Source of the DNA: Psammoneis japonica
Taxonomy: Eukaryota
Length of the DNA stretch: 58,902 bases
Assembly: GCA_008632985.1 (NCBI GenBank)
Contig: QPGO01000059.1
Coordinates: 372,001-430,902 of the forward strand
Direction: 5' to 3'
Made by a program: the position numbers and the translations under genes. Each line of letters opens with the position of its first letter. Position 1 is the first letter of the stretch. The notes beneath the pieces were generated by a model. That model had not been told where the DNA came from, made no database searches, and was given only the letters and a program-made list of their open reading frames with translations. Shown here in pieces: positions 24,094-36,599 of the stretch.

Positions 24094-24987
24094 TCAATCC
24101 ATAAAAACAACTCCCTTGACAAGCAGCACCACGGAAAAGCCAAACACCACAACTACGAGCGGAATCTTTTCCAAACAGTCTGCCACGAGTTTACATTTGG
24201 TCAAAAAGACGCAAAGTAAAACAATAATGACAGTTGAAATGGCCGCCCCAATGAGCAACTCTAGAAAACCAAACGTTTTCCCAACAAGCATGGGAACAAA
24301 GAGTGCCAAGTCGTCGAGACTGCCCAAAAAGCAAACAACCGCAAGAGAACGCGAGCCCTTGTCCGAAGGGTGCTCAATAGAGTCGTCCTCAGTGTCAGCA
24401 TTAGTTGCGTCATCAATTTCCAAAGGACTTGTAACAGCAGCAGCAATATCTGCTGTTTCGATATCGTCATTCTGAGGCGGTGGCCTTTCATCCTGTTGCA
24501 TCTCACTACACGTAATAGTTGTATGACTCGCAATTTTTGCAGCCCCGAATTCTTCGTTTTCTAACTCAACTGTGGAGTCCGTGTCTGTCATTTCAATCGT
24601 AGCATAGTCGTTCCTCTCGGTCTCTTCCTCATGTTGCCGATACTTTTCATTGTAATACTCCACCCCGAGAAAAACGGCATACACAAGCAGAGCAAATCCT
24701 GATAGGAGTGTCAAAATTCGATCCGGCGACATTATGCTCTGCTTGTTGCGGCCTTGCATGAAACTTGTCAGTCCCATTTCTCCAAAGGACGAGAGAAGAA
24801 ACGCGAGGCATGTTTGCAAGAGACACACACCGGCATAGGTTAGGGCGTTTTGTGTCCGTTGCGCGTGGGTGAGTTTGGGAGTTAAAAAGGCAGCCAACCA
24901 CAAAACATCGTCTACAGAGGATGTGAGCTTGACGACAATGGCAGCTGAGATGCCGCCGAAAAAGCTGGCAACAGATGAAAACACCAT
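24094..24987 (-). CDS. Membrane protein with duplicated S(V/L)DD motif, CadD/LysE-like transporter
   Basis: Two homologous halves (LTSSVDDVLWLAAF / LGSLDDLALFVPML), ~6 TMs, acidic central loop. Confidence 0.6.
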   Translation of the reverse strand: MVFSSVASFFGGISAAIVVKLTSSVDDVLWLAAFLTPKLTHAQRTQNALTYAGVCLLQTCLAFLLSSFGEMGLTSFMQGRNKQSIMSPDRILTLLSGFALLVYAVFLGVEYYNEKYRQHEEETERNDYATIEMTDTDSTVELENEEFGAAKIASHTTITCSEMQQDERPPPQNDDIETADIAAAVTSPLEIDDATNADTEDDSIEHPSDKGSRSLAVVCFLGSLDDLALFVPMLVGKTFGFLELLIGAAISTVIIVLLCVFLTKCKLVADCLEKIPLVVVVFGFSVVLLVKGVVFMD

Positions 24988-25696
24988 GTTGTTGAGCCAA
25001 GTTTCATAAACAAAATGCAGTGGTGTCCGAGCTCAGAAATTCAGATGCAGTTATTGGTGTTTGGTCGTGTGATTTCATTGATTCATCCCTGCTCAATCAC
25101 AATTGACTATCGAGGATCATAATCTATATCAATAGGAAAAAAGAGGGAACCACCGAACGCTAAGTAAGAAGGGTAGAAGGGAGAAGAATACCGACGCGAA
25201 AATGTTTCCTATGCGTATGCTGCCGCCATTGTGGCGGCAAGAAACACGATCGGTCATGGCCTGCTGTACTACGAAGTTCGTCCATCCATCCGTCTGTCCG
25301 CCTGCCCAACGTCTCCGATCGATTGTCGTCGGATGTGCTAATTCCTAACCTCCGGGAGCGCGCGAGCGCGCTACTCTGTTGAGTGAAAGTACTGCAAACG
25401 AACGTATGTAGAATCCTACATGACAAGTATGGTAGTCTACGTAATCACGCTGTGACGTGTTTTTGCGCGACGCGGCACCTCATCAGCGCAAAAAACTGCA
25501 TGCCAACAACAGCACAGAACAAAATCCTTGCCAGCATCAACGTTGCCAACACAACGATTGACTCGGTGAAACACGAAAAGTCAGTGTCATTTCACAATCA
25601 GAAAGGCCATAATTTAGTCCAGCTGCGGCAAACCTAGAAACTCTTAACCACCGTCATAAAATATTACAAGAAGCAACACACGCGCGCGGCACAATC

Positions 25697-28609
25697 ATGA
25701 AACTCCACTGGATGGCATTAGCAATCGTGTGTGGCACAGCTGCACCGACATTAGCATTCACTACTCCAAATAACCCAAGAACAAGTAATTCATTTCACCA
25801 CACTTCCTTGGCCGCGTCTACGTTGGACAAGCAAGAAGCAGAACCATATGTCAATGGCAGTGGGAAAAAGCCCGAGAACGACGACGACGATGACAAGAAT
25901 CTCTCCTTTACGGACCGCATTGCCAATTCGGGTGTCGCTTCGGCTGCAGCCGTAGCAACTGCTGCGGTGAATGCAGCTGTATCCATGAAGTCGCTCGAAG
26001 CACCCGACGTTCAAAAATCCTACATTTCCTTGGACCGCACCTCGAACGAGTTGGACCAAGACGGTTTGCCGCTTGCCTATGATAAAGATTTGATTGAAAA
26101 GTTTTGGGCAAAGGAAAAAGGAACTCTCAACAAACGATGGGGATACTTTGTAGGAAAAGCAGTGCCTTTTTTGACCAGACTTACCACTCTTTTCATTCGA
26201 GATGGAAAAATTAAAGATGAATACATTGCGGAGCTTAGCGAACAGGCGAGAATCGATTTACAAGATTTAGGCCCTACTTTTATCAAGGCGGGTAAGTTTT
26301 GATTGTTCTATCATCAGATAAGACCCGCGTCTCCTGTTGCTCACTCTGCTCCCTTGCTCATCATGCCTACTCTCAGGACAAATGATGAGTGTGCGCCCAG
26401 ACGTGTTACCTCAGGTAAGTCAAGGTAGATCTATCGTCAGACCTGGCCCGCGTCTGGTGTGGCTCACTGTGCTTTTTTTGCCCATCCTTTCTGTTCATAG
26501 GCAACACTGGATGAATTGACAAAACTCCAGGATTCTGTAGTGCCTTTTGAAACTTCTGTTGCTGTGGAACAAATCGAACGCGAATTGGGTGGCCCGCTTG
26601 GCCAGTTCTTTACATCTATTTCAGAAGAGCCCGTGGCTGCTGCATCACTTGCGCAAGTTTACTTGGCAACGCTCAATGACGGAAAGGATACAAAGGTTGC
26701 CGTAAAGGTACAGAGGCCAGATGTTCTCAACACGGTATCAAAGGATTTGTACATTCTCCGAAGAGCCGCAGAAGTCTTTCAGGGATTAGTGGAACGATTT
26801 GCGCCACAGCAAAGAACAAACTACGTTGCGCTCTTGAATGAATGGGCGATTGGATTTTACACTGAATTGGATTTTAACAATGAAGCACAGAGTCAAAAGA
26901 AACTTCGAAACATGCTACGCGACAATAATATTCAAGGTGTGACTGTTCCGGCCGTATACGAGGAACTGTGTACGCGTCGCATCTTGGTGAGCGAATGGAT
27001 GGAGGGGAAAAAGCTGAGCGAGTCTACGCCAGAACGGATTGCCGAAGTGACACCGTATGCGCAGGAAGCTTTCTTGACACAATTGTTTGAGGTGGGATTT
27101 TTCCATGCCGGTACGTCAAGTCGTTCGAAAAGTTAAACGCTCTTGCTTTATCAATTGTGTCTGACGCCTATTTCTCTCTCGATACTTTCAGACCCTCATC
27201 CAGGAAATATCCTTGTGTTGGACGAACCAACGGAGGAGGGACATGAATTGGCTCTAATTGACTGCGGACTCATGGCAAGTATCGATGAAAAGGATCGTGA
27301 CAACATGATTTCTGCTGTGATTCATCTCGCCAACAAGGATTATGCCAGTCTTGTAGACGATTTTATGAAGCTCAAAATTTTACCAGAAGATTCAGACCGA
27401 GCGGCGATCATTCCTCTCATGGACAAAGCGCTTAGTCCGTATGTAAAGGGCGGTGGAGCGAAGAAGTACGAGGAAGAATTGAAAAAGCTTTATGGAATGG
27501 AAGACGGTTCCATGCAAAGTCAGGTTGGAGGATTCCAGGCAATGACACAGGATGCCTTGACAGTTCTCAATGATATCCCTTTCAGTATCCCGCCGTATTT
27601 CGCAATACTGGGCAGGGCCATCGTTACTTTGGAAGGCGTTGCTCTCACCGGCAACCCAGACTACGGAATCATCATGGAGAGCTATCCCTTCATCGCCAGA
27701 AAGCTACTTAAAGAGGATCGTCCTGAGATCCAAAGAGCGCTACAGGAAGTTCTGTACAGCTCGGATGGCGATGGGAAGGAACTCAAAATTTCTAGGTTAT
27801 TAGCTCTACTCAACAACGCGTCAGGTGCTGTCGCCACAAAAGAGGGAGCTGCTTTTGTCGATCTAGATGCAGTTCCTGAGGACGGCTTGAGTCTCTCTGG
27901 AGGGTTGAAGTTCTTGCTGTCAGACAGGGCAGAGAGTTTGAGAAGCCTCTTGGAGGGTGAGGTTGACACCATCGTGGACATTTTGAGTCGTCAATTGATC
28001 CGGAAAGGTTTTAGTGATGCTATTGTTGCGCTCACCCCGCCGAGACCGCCCAGCATTCCTTTCTTGGGTGATATCTTGCCGCCTACACCCAAGTTGGATG
28101 AAGTGCCACTCCCACTGCTTCTTCCAGGAGTGGGTATCGACGGCGCGAACCAACCATCAATCGGATTGTTGACGCTAAAGGAATTCACTGACATTGTTGC
28201 CCCGAAGTTATCTCAAGACGAGGAAATCTTTGCGCTCGGACTTGGCGATGCGGCAGAGGAGTTCTTTGGCGAGCAGGTTGCGGAATTTGTTCGGGGAGAA
28301 GGTCTTGTCAGTTCTAACACCGTTCAGCTGGCGTTGGGAGCAGTGCGTTCTGGTGCTCTGGGACAAAATGAAATTTTGAATGGGGAGACGGCTGAGAGAG
28401 TCCTCGAGGCTGCAGGAAGTGTTTTATCATTGCTACAGAGAAGCTCTCACGACGGGACAGCCACCAAACTCGAGAAGACGCTCAACGACGCCATGTCACA
28501 GCTCGATGAGTCTGAGCGAGCCCGACTGGACACAATCATGCTGGAATTGACACAAAGGAGCCTTTCACGAGCAGTTGAACGACTCTCTGAGGTAGAAAGG
28601 CTGATTTAA
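25697..28609 (+). CDS. Plastid-targeted ABC1 atypical kinase; exons 25697-26291, 26377-26414, 26501-27110, 27192-28609
   Basis: LGPTFIKAGQ, PVAAASLAQVY, VAVKVQRP, ELDF, FFHADPHPGN, IDCG; three in-frame GT-AG introns; signal peptide + LAF. Confidence 0.92.
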
Positions 28610-28824
28610 CATACGAAAGAACGCTGAACATCATGCTGTTGTGTTGCCAGAAAACAATAAATAAATCTTCATACTAAATCTGACGATACAGAAGACGGCT
28701 TGCCATTCATTGTTTTCCATCACCGCTGCTTAGCTGTTTTTCACTGTTCCCCCCTCGTCCCGAATGTGCTTTTTGAAATTTACTTGTTTCCGTTGCAGGA
28801 CATCGGTGGGAACACTTCATGGAC

Positions 28825-30354
28825 TCACTTGCATATCCGATCCCTGCATTCCTCCTCTCTGCTCTTCTCGAGCTCTTCAACCTTAGTCTCCCACGAAGCC
28901 GTTCGGTTGAAGAAGACTCCGAACGGCTTGTAATAGTGGTAGGGCACGGCTTCTCTCTTCCACTTCTTTACAAAGTTGTCATAAAGCTTTCGCATTGTGT
29001 TGAGCTCGTTTCCTTTCGGGGTATTTATGATGTTTGACAACTCCAGGGGGTCTTTTGTAGTGCGATAAAATTCCTCAGTGGGCTCAAGGCCATCGCCCGC
29101 CCACGGCCAGTTAATGTACTTTTTGAACTTCGTTACCACCCCTAGACTGAGAACCTGCCCAGGTCCCCACACATTTATCAGTGGTAGGGCTCGATGAGTA
29201 ATGTTTGACGGGTTATCATAAAGGGGCAATAAACTCTTCCCATCCAATCCATTTGGCTGTTGAACTCCCGCCAGCTCCATGATGGTGGGGGCGAAGTCGA
29301 CGTTGCCCGTCAATGCGCTACACCTTAACTCCTTGCCGCTGTTGTCATGCCTGGGATCATACATGATCAGCGGCACACGGGACGATTCTTCATAGGGGAG
29401 AACCTTTCCTCCAAAACCATGAGAGCCAGCAAAAAAGCCATTGTCTGAAGTGAAGATAACCACCGTGTTGTTTGCCACTCCGTGCTTCTCGAGTGCCTCT
29501 CTTACCATACCTATCGCAACGTCCACCGCATAGACTTGTTGGTGGTATTTTGCCATCACCTTGTCATACTGGGTGGAGTAACCCCAGTCTTCAAATTGCG
29601 TATATTGCCTTCCCTGACGAGACTGTTCTGACAAGTGCTCCCCTGCCTGGCGCCCAAAGTTGCCTGGCTTGCGAAAGGTCTTGCCTTTGTAGACTTCGTC
29701 ATCCAGTGGATCGGGTTTGGGCGGCCTGTGGGGCGCCTTGAAGCTGATGGATAAACAAAATGGCTTGTTAGCCTTGCTTGCTTCCTCGACAAAATCAGCA
29801 CCAAATGCCCCATAGGCCCTCGTAGAGTGAGGATACTTTTCAGCATACTTTTTCATTGATTTGTTCTCGCTAGTCACATAGCTTGTCTGCCCCTTGCTCG
29901 CACCCCATTTATCAAAATCGTTCTCTGGAACCTGACCGTTTTCGTAAGCACTATCCGCCACGGTGAACCCGATCTTGCCCGCCATTGCCGTTAAATACCC
30001 AGCCCTCCGTAGTAATATGGGATACGACCGTCTCCAGTGTCTCTTTAACAATGGTGTTGGGCCAAGCAAAGTGTTGAAGTTGCAGCCAGTACGAAACTCA
30101 TACTTGCCAGTCATGATATTTGCTCTACTGGCCATACATATTGCTGTTGTGACATAGTGGTTATCAAATACCATGCCATCCCTTGCAAGAGCATCCATAT
30201 TTGGTGTCTGAACATCCGGATTTCCGTAGGCGCCCACCGAGAAGGTGGACTGATCGTCGGTGAGGAAAAAAACAATGTTCGGTCGCTCGTCTGCATCAAC
30301 GGTGAAGATCCAGAGGGACAAAACAAGTAAGTATATGAGGGAAGGCTTCATCAT
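28825..30354 (-). CDS. Secreted formylglycine-dependent sulfatase, bacterial-like
   Basis: RPNIVFFLTDD, CMASR (CxxxR), AGKIG, FKAPH, FTSDNG, GKVLPYEESSRVPL; intronless. Confidence 0.9.
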   Translation of the reverse strand: MMKPSLIYLLVLSLWIFTVDADERPNIVFFLTDDQSTFSVGAYGNPDVQTPNMDALARDGMVFDNHYVTTAICMASRANIMTGKYEFRTGCNFNTLLGPTPLLKRHWRRSYPILLRRAGYLTAMAGKIGFTVADSAYENGQVPENDFDKWGASKGQTSYVTSENKSMKKYAEKYPHSTRAYGAFGADFVEEASKANKPFCLSISFKAPHRPPKPDPLDDEVYKGKTFRKPGNFGRQAGEHLSEQSRQGRQYTQFEDWGYSTQYDKVMAKYHQQVYAVDVAIGMVREALEKHGVANNTVVIFTSDNGFFAGSHGFGGKVLPYEESSRVPLIMYDPRHDNSGKELRCSALTGNVDFAPTIMELAGVQQPNGLDGKSLLPLYDNPSNITHRALPLINVWGPGQVLSLGVVTKFKKYINWPWAGDGLEPTEEFYRTTKDPLELSNIINTPKGNELNTMRKLYDNFVKKWKREAVPYHYYKPFGVFFNRTASWETKVEELEKSREEECRDRICK

Positions 30355-30391
30355 CGAAATCGAATGCCTTGCGCATCAATGTGAGAAACGT

Positions 30392-30567
30392 CGGGAGATT
30401 GATTGATCGATTGAAGTGTGACGGCGGACGGCGAGGGTTAACGATCTCTTCAATCTTCTGTCTTGATTCCTCCTATTCTATCGGGAGATTTATCGCTCAA
30501 TTGAAGTGCGAAGTGCGACGGCGGACGGCGAGGGTCAACGATCTCTTCAATCTTCTTTCTTGATCCC
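30392..30567. repeat. Imperfect tandem duplication (~90 bp) upstream of the sulfatase
   Basis: cgggagatt...gacggcggacggcgagggt(t/c)aacgatctcttcaatcttct..cttgat present twice. Confidence 0.85.
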
Positions 30568-30569
30568 AT

Positions 30570-32540
30570 CCAGCGACATGCCGCCCCCTTGCACGAGAGA
30601 CCATGATGTTTGGTGTGTGAACATCCAGATTCCCACAGCAGCCCACTGAGAAGGTGGACTGATTTATTGTCGGTGATCGGTGATGGTGATGAAAAAGACT
30701 ATGTTCGTTTCGGTGTGTCGCTCGTCTGCATCAACGGTGCGTGCAGCTGAGTGCCGCTGTGTGACTTGTTGTGCAACTGATGGCCAAAGAAGATCCAGAA
30801 AAAACAAACTGGACAACAGCATTTTGCCTGCTCTGTGGAACAATGAAGGTGGAGACAACAAGAAAGGAGTTTCTGGTTCAGGGTTGCGACATTTCGTCAC
30901 CAACAAGACATTGGGGTCAATGACCAAGAAAAGGTTCTTGACAAAGAAGACCCAAAGCCAACGACTGCACAGCCGCAGTCCGCAAGCAGCAGCAGTGCCT
31001 GGGACAGAGTGGCAAAGAAGATGATCACAAAGCCATTTTTGCAAGCTGGAGCCAACAAGGATGGGAAAATCAAAAGTGGGCCACAAAGACAATTGGGCTG
31101 ATGCAGGTGCTGCTGCTGCTGTGTCTTTGGTGCTGACGGCAATGGCCTGCAGAAGGCTGCCTCCTCCGTTGCTTGAAGAGTGTGCACTTGCAGAGGCACA
31201 GTGACTTGTCAACTGCAAATCATCTTGGGGGCTTTCAAATCCAACTGAGGATGAAAGAGAGCAAATGGACAAGGCAGTGGCAGCACAAAAAGGTTGGCAG
31301 GAGAGCTTTTGCACAGCTGTTGCTGTGTCAACGATGGCCAAAGACGTGCTGTTCCTGCACCCAAGAGAGGCAACGCTTGGCCAGGGCCAACAAGGGAACA
31401 GTCACTTTGACTTTGAGCAATTTGCAAAACTTGGTTTGGCGACAGTGCCAGCAAATCATGTTGCTTGCACCTGCTCTGGACCCCGTTTTGCTCTTGGCAC
31501 GAGCTGTGGTCATTTGGTCAGCTTGGCACAAGACTCAATTTTCAAGCCTTGGTGGCTCTGCCAAAGAGATGACAATGGTGCAGATGAGTGGCTGGGAGCA
31601 TGATGCACAGGAGCAACTTAAAGCATGGGCAGAGCCACAAAATGAAAAGCAAGTGAAAGAGCTGTGCAAGGCTCTGAACTTGCTGTTGAGCAAAGAGGTT
31701 GAAGTGACTGTGGTGCACAGAGTGAAGTGTTGTCACTTTCTTCCAGGGGAAATCAAGCACAGGCCTGTTTCAGGTCTGTCAGGTGTTGCACACAGGCTCA
31801 ACTCCCATCGCTGGCCCATTTTTGCACTCAGCACAACAAACTCCTTCAACATCATTTTCCCCCCAAATTGAAGGGGGCATGAGTGTGCACAAAACTTTTA
31901 TTTTTTTGTGTGCACTCACCTTTCGATTTTTGAAACAATCAAATTTGAAGGAGTTTAACATGCCAAACTGTGCAGAGGATCAAGCTCTTGCGGTGATGGA
32001 TTGAGGATCACCTCCTGGGAGGCTGGAACAGGCTGGCAGCTCGGTCCTCAAACCACTTGCGCATCCAAATGATCTCTGGCAAAATGGGCAAGTTGCTCAG
32101 CTTCTCTGCTCCATTTAAAGCACTTGAGTGGTGGAAGCCAGTGGTGTTGTCATCATTGCTGCCAAAGCTGCAGCTGCCCACATGACAGAGAGTGGGCAGT
32201 GGGCGATGATGTCATCTCTTGCTTTTTGGAAAAATGCGCCTGTCATCAAGGAAGGTGCAGCTGTGGCTGGAGTGGTTGAGGCAAACAAATTGGCAAAAGC
32301 ACTCTTGTGCATGCATCACCTTGATGTCATGTGAGATTGCGGCCCAGCTGGCAAGAGGCCAGAGCCAGGAGAGCACCTTTGTGATTGCCTTGCTCCTCAA
32401 AGAGAGAGAAGCACAGTTCAATGCGGGGTCATCTTTGCAGTTGTTTGCATTGCACATTTCCACCACAAGCTCGTGCCCAAAGTTGGCCTGGAGCCCAAAG
32501 ATGCAAATCACCAATTTTCTGTCTGCCAGCTCTGCTCTCT
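30570..32540. other. TpA/CpG-depleted hypermutated domain 3
   Basis: Few TA remain, nearly all in TTA/TAA context; decayed unidentified ORFs. Confidence 0.8.
30577..30738 (-). pseudogene. Degenerate partial copy of the adjacent sulfatase 5' coding region (30172-30304)
   Basis: gaacatcc(g/a)gat...gcccac(c/t)gagaaggtggactgat...gtcgctcgtctgcatcaacggtg shared; translates TVDADE...NIVFF. Confidence 0.8.
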
Positions 32541-32956
32541 CCCTCTATCCAGTGGTAGAGAGCAGACCTAAAACGAAGGCAACCTGACAGTCGAAATAAA
32601 ATGGCGGGAAAGTCAAACGCGTCGCCGCACGGTGGACGGACGTCACAAAGTCTAAAGTCAACAAAATATAAACATCACGATTCACGATCGAAGGCACAAC
32701 AAAGAACGAGAGGAACCCAATGAAAGTTAAACCTGCGATCTGAAAGACAACTTGAAACTGCCACTCTCACTCTTCGCTTTATTTTAAAAAGGGCTTCACG
32801 AAAACATTTGGGTTGCCAGTGAGTCCTTGTTGTTTTCGTGTTTCCTCCGATCTTCACACGCGCATCGACTCACGTTTCTTACAACGTTGAACGACGTTTC
32901 TTGTTTCTTCCCATCTCCAAAGTAACACATCATCAGCTTGGTTGGAATCATACATC

Positions 32957-33367
32957 ATGGAATGTTGTCACGTTGTTACAGTTGCACTTACAATATTCGT
33001 GTAAGTTCAAAGTAATATTTTGGGTAATGGAAGAAGGTTCACGTTATATTTGCTTCGCTCAACTTGATTGCTTTCTTTCTCGTTTAGACTCTTCTGGGTG
33101 ACCGGGTGGCCCGTTACCCCGGAATTGAAGGGTAGCTGGGGAAACCACTATGAAGAAAAAGACCTGACGTACTATGGTGTCTTGTACTTTCATTATTTCA
33201 TCGGGGCGCTGTTTTTCGTCTTTGTGGGTTTCGGTCTTCTACGGAATTTGCTTTTCAAGGACGAAAAGGGCGGACATCGTCAATTTTCATTCCTACTTTC
33301 GTATTCCTTTCTTGTTGCGTCAGTCATTGGAATGATTTTGGCTTATCGAAGTACTCCGGAGGAATAG
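32957..33367 (+). CDS. Small 3-TM membrane protein (107 aa); exons 32957-33000, 33088-33367
   Basis: GTAAGT...TTAG intron joins MECCHVVTVALTIFV to LFWVTGWPVTP; paralog at 34128. Confidence 0.75.
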
Positions 33368-34122
33368 AGTCACTGAATGATTCGCATTTTGAATTGCTGC
33401 CGTTCATAGTCTATTATTTCTAAAACAATTTCTTTAAAATTTTAATAAAAGCTATTAGCAAGACTATAGAAAAGAAGAGTGCTAGAGAGTATAGACTCGT
33501 GCCAAAGGCTCGAGCTGGCGTTATTTGATAAAGGTAGAGAGTGCCGAGCCTACCGTATCATCTTAGTGCCCGGCGCTAGTAAGTACACTTAACTCGATTC
33601 AACGCATCGTTCTCTGTTCGATACCTGAAGGAATCTACTGCTGAACCGCTGTTACATTAGATTGAAGCACAGGCAATCTAGAGTAGATCTTGCGACCACT
33701 TCCATGTATAAAACAGACAATACTGTAACCTCTCAGGCCCAAAAGGTCAAGGTTCCATTGTGTTCGTTCGGCAAATCTCGAGTTGGTCGTGCACGCGCCT
33801 GCGGTGGGCGCGGTGGGACGACTAAATCCGAGCACGAGGCACGAGGGGTTCACCAAGAACAATAAACGGTGCTATGCTGCGTACCGGTAGGTGACATCCT
33901 CTTCATCGCTGTTTACATCTTACAGCATTCAATTGTTATCACTTGCGGTTCTATACTTGCTCCTCAAACGAAAACAAGTGGCGGTCGCGGTACTCTTCTG
34001 TGAGAGCACCTCTAGTCCTTCTTTTCAATCAACACTGCGATCGAACATCGAACGACGTCGCTCTTCTGCCAAGCGAGAAAGCGCATTTCCTTTGAAGCAC
34101 AACTGCTCGGTCTAGTTTTAAC

Positions 34123-34529
34123 ATGAATTGGGTCCCTTCTTTGCGTGGGTCGCTGTCCTTTTGGCACTTTTTCTCGTCTCAACATGGCCAGTCACGCCCA
34201 GGTTGGACGGCAAGTGCGGCAACGTTTGGGCTGCCAAGAATTTGTGGTATTATGGGATACTCTTCTTCCATTACTTTTTGGGCCTATTGACCTTGTCGTT
34301 TTTCATTATTGGTCTGTTTCGAGACCCGCTCTTTGGAAACTTTGGTGATAACCGACAATTGACGTTTATCTTAGCTTATTCCTTCTTGATTGCATCTTTC
34401 TTCACTGTCTTCTTGGTTCACAAGTTTTCTCCGTTGGAAGAAGAGGAAGATAAAGAGATTGTGAATGCAAGTTTGAATGCTGGTGTTGAGAACCAGGCTG
34501 AAGAAGCTGCCGTTGAAGACATTATCTAA
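34123..34529 (+). CDS. Tandem paralog of the small membrane protein; ATG at 34123 is out of frame by one base
   Basis: WPVTPxLxG.xGN...K.L.YYG.L.FHYF.G...RQ..F.L.YSFL shared with 32957-33367. Confidence 0.65.
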
Positions 34530-34906
34530 AACGTTTGTGGGCTAAACTACTGCTACTTTTACAAGGGCAATCTACTTGATACGTCTGCTGCGAGCTCCAA
34601 GTTTGGTCAGTAGGCCCTACATAGTTCGAGGGACGGTGCAACGTTTACTCTAGAGTATAAATTAAAAAATCTAAAGAAATAGCTTAACTTGAAGTTTAAC
34701 TATGTAGACTAGAGTAAAGCACTCGTACGCAACATGCAAAACCATTATACGCAACATGCAAAACCATCACATGAACGTTGCGAGAGCATACCTCCCAGGT
34801 GGGCATAAAGTCAAATAAATATGCTGCCCTTCGTCATTCCCTTTCTGGTGAGTCTCGTGTTACAAATTTTTATGCATTCATATGTAGTTGTGTAGTCCCT
34901 GCTTTT

Positions 34907-36156
34907 TTACTGAGCCTTTGCGGGAGATTTGACAACCGGAGGCACGACTTCGCGTTCGCCCGTGTAGAGGACTTCTGATTTGTTTGTTTTCAACTGTTGC
35001 AGACGCCCGTCAGCACTGACGCCATTCTCTTCTGCAATCGCTTTGAGCGCAGCGATGGTCTTGACATTCTTTGAATAAACCTTGGCCTCGTCCTTGCTGT
35101 AGCTGTAATCAAACTCCAAAGTCTTCAACAAAACCGGGAGAATGTCTCGCCAGGCCCTCTCGTTGACCTCTTCAATGAGAAGATAGAGTGACTCACCATA
35201 GGTATCATGCGCCTCCCGAGCACCATTAAGTTTAAGCTTGTTTCGGTCCAACTTTTCAGATTGGCCCTTGCTCAACGACTTGTGGTGATCAGCCTTCTTT
35301 TCAGCAGCCTCCTGTAACTTTTCAACCTTACTGCGATAGTGCTTTAATTTCTCTCTGTGGTCTTCAAACTCCATAAGCCTAGAACTTACACGGTCCTTCG
35401 TGATTTTCTGCCATTTCTCAACGTAAACGATAATCTGCTTCTCGTACTGGTCCGCGTACATCTTGGTAAGCTTGTACGATTGTTGGCGTGCAGCGGCAAA
35501 AGAATTTTCGACGTTGAAGAATTCAGGCGGGGCTGTCTTTAAAGGAGCAAAAATCTTGAACTCTCCGTGCGTGGTAACAGAAGTGCCGGAAGAAGGAGCG
35601 ACGGTAGCGTCTTTTCCTTCGTCGTCTCCCTTGGAAGAAGCCTCTTCATCTGTCGCGGCTTTCTCTCCCGAATGATCAGAGTGCGGTTCTGTCTGAAGCG
35701 TCTCTTCGGCTGTCTCAAGAGTTTCTCCTGCTTCGGACTCATTATCCTCTTCTTCTTTCAATCCCGGGTCCGTGTGGTCGACCTGGAAAAGCGGCACCTT
35801 CGCTTCTTCGATGTTGAACACACCAGCGACTTTCTTGATGGGACTGTTTGTGACGAACACCTCAAAGTCTGACGCAGCCTGTGTGAATGCAACGAACAGC
35901 ACTTTTAGTGACATTGGGCTTGGAATCGATTGCTTTGCATTGCTTCTGTAGCACTTTTTCTGACCTTGAGGCTTTTCTCGTTGAGCGCGAGAATCGCATC
36001 GTGCTGTGCTTTCAAACTCGAAAGCAAGCTGTCAAGATTGGCTTGAAGTTCCTCAAAGTTCTTGGCAGCGGAGTCGACATCTGCTTCTATCGTCGTACTC
36101 GTTGCCATGTCCTTCAAAACATCAGCCTTTGCGGTTGTTTTTGGTGAAGATGACAT
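34907..36156 (-). CDS. BAR-domain-like coiled-coil protein; exons 36156-35965, 35878-34907
   Basis: In-frame intron; helical pattern with LKHYRSKVEKL and EKLDRNKLKL typical of BAR helices. Confidence 0.7.
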
Positions 36157-36336
36157 GGTGATGGCTTGGTTCGTATCTCGTATCGCTGATTTTTTTGTGA
36201 TTGATGATTCCAGATTTCACGATCTCGATCGATCCGGTACTCGTACGTTTCTACGTACGCCCGCACTGCTTAGTACAAAATCTACGTACGGCTAAGGACT
36301 GAGCACGACTGAATTCTCTCGCTTGACACACTCCAC

Positions 36337-36529
36337 TCACTCCCCAGCGTTCGGGGTAAAGCAAATGCTCAGACACTAATATATTTTATATACATAAAAT
36401 TTAATACCGATTTATACATACGTAAGCTTACGTACGTAGTTACTCATTACGTAGAAGTCTACGTATATAAAACTATCTACATCTACGTAGACCTCTAATC
36501 TCCCGAACGCTGGGGAGTGAAAGGGTTAT
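36337..36529. mobile_element. Small inverted-repeat element (MITE-like; possible piggyBac-type right end)
   Basis: Perfect 19-bp IR tcactccccagcgttcggg (36337-36355) / cccgaacgctggggagtga (36502-36520); AT/TACGTA-rich core; right side continues aagggtta. Confidence 0.55.
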
Positions 36530-36599
36530 GGGTCCCGAAAAACAGGGTTTGGGCCGATTTCTGGTACAAAACTCATGTAGAAAATTCACGTAGAACATC

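Noticed and set aside
34726..34767. 22-bp-period repeat tacgcaacatgcaaaacca x2
   Set aside because: Simple local slippage duplication in intergenic DNA with no further structure.
36521..36552. aagggtta / cagggttt as telomeric repeat
   Set aside because: Isolated single units, not a tandem array.
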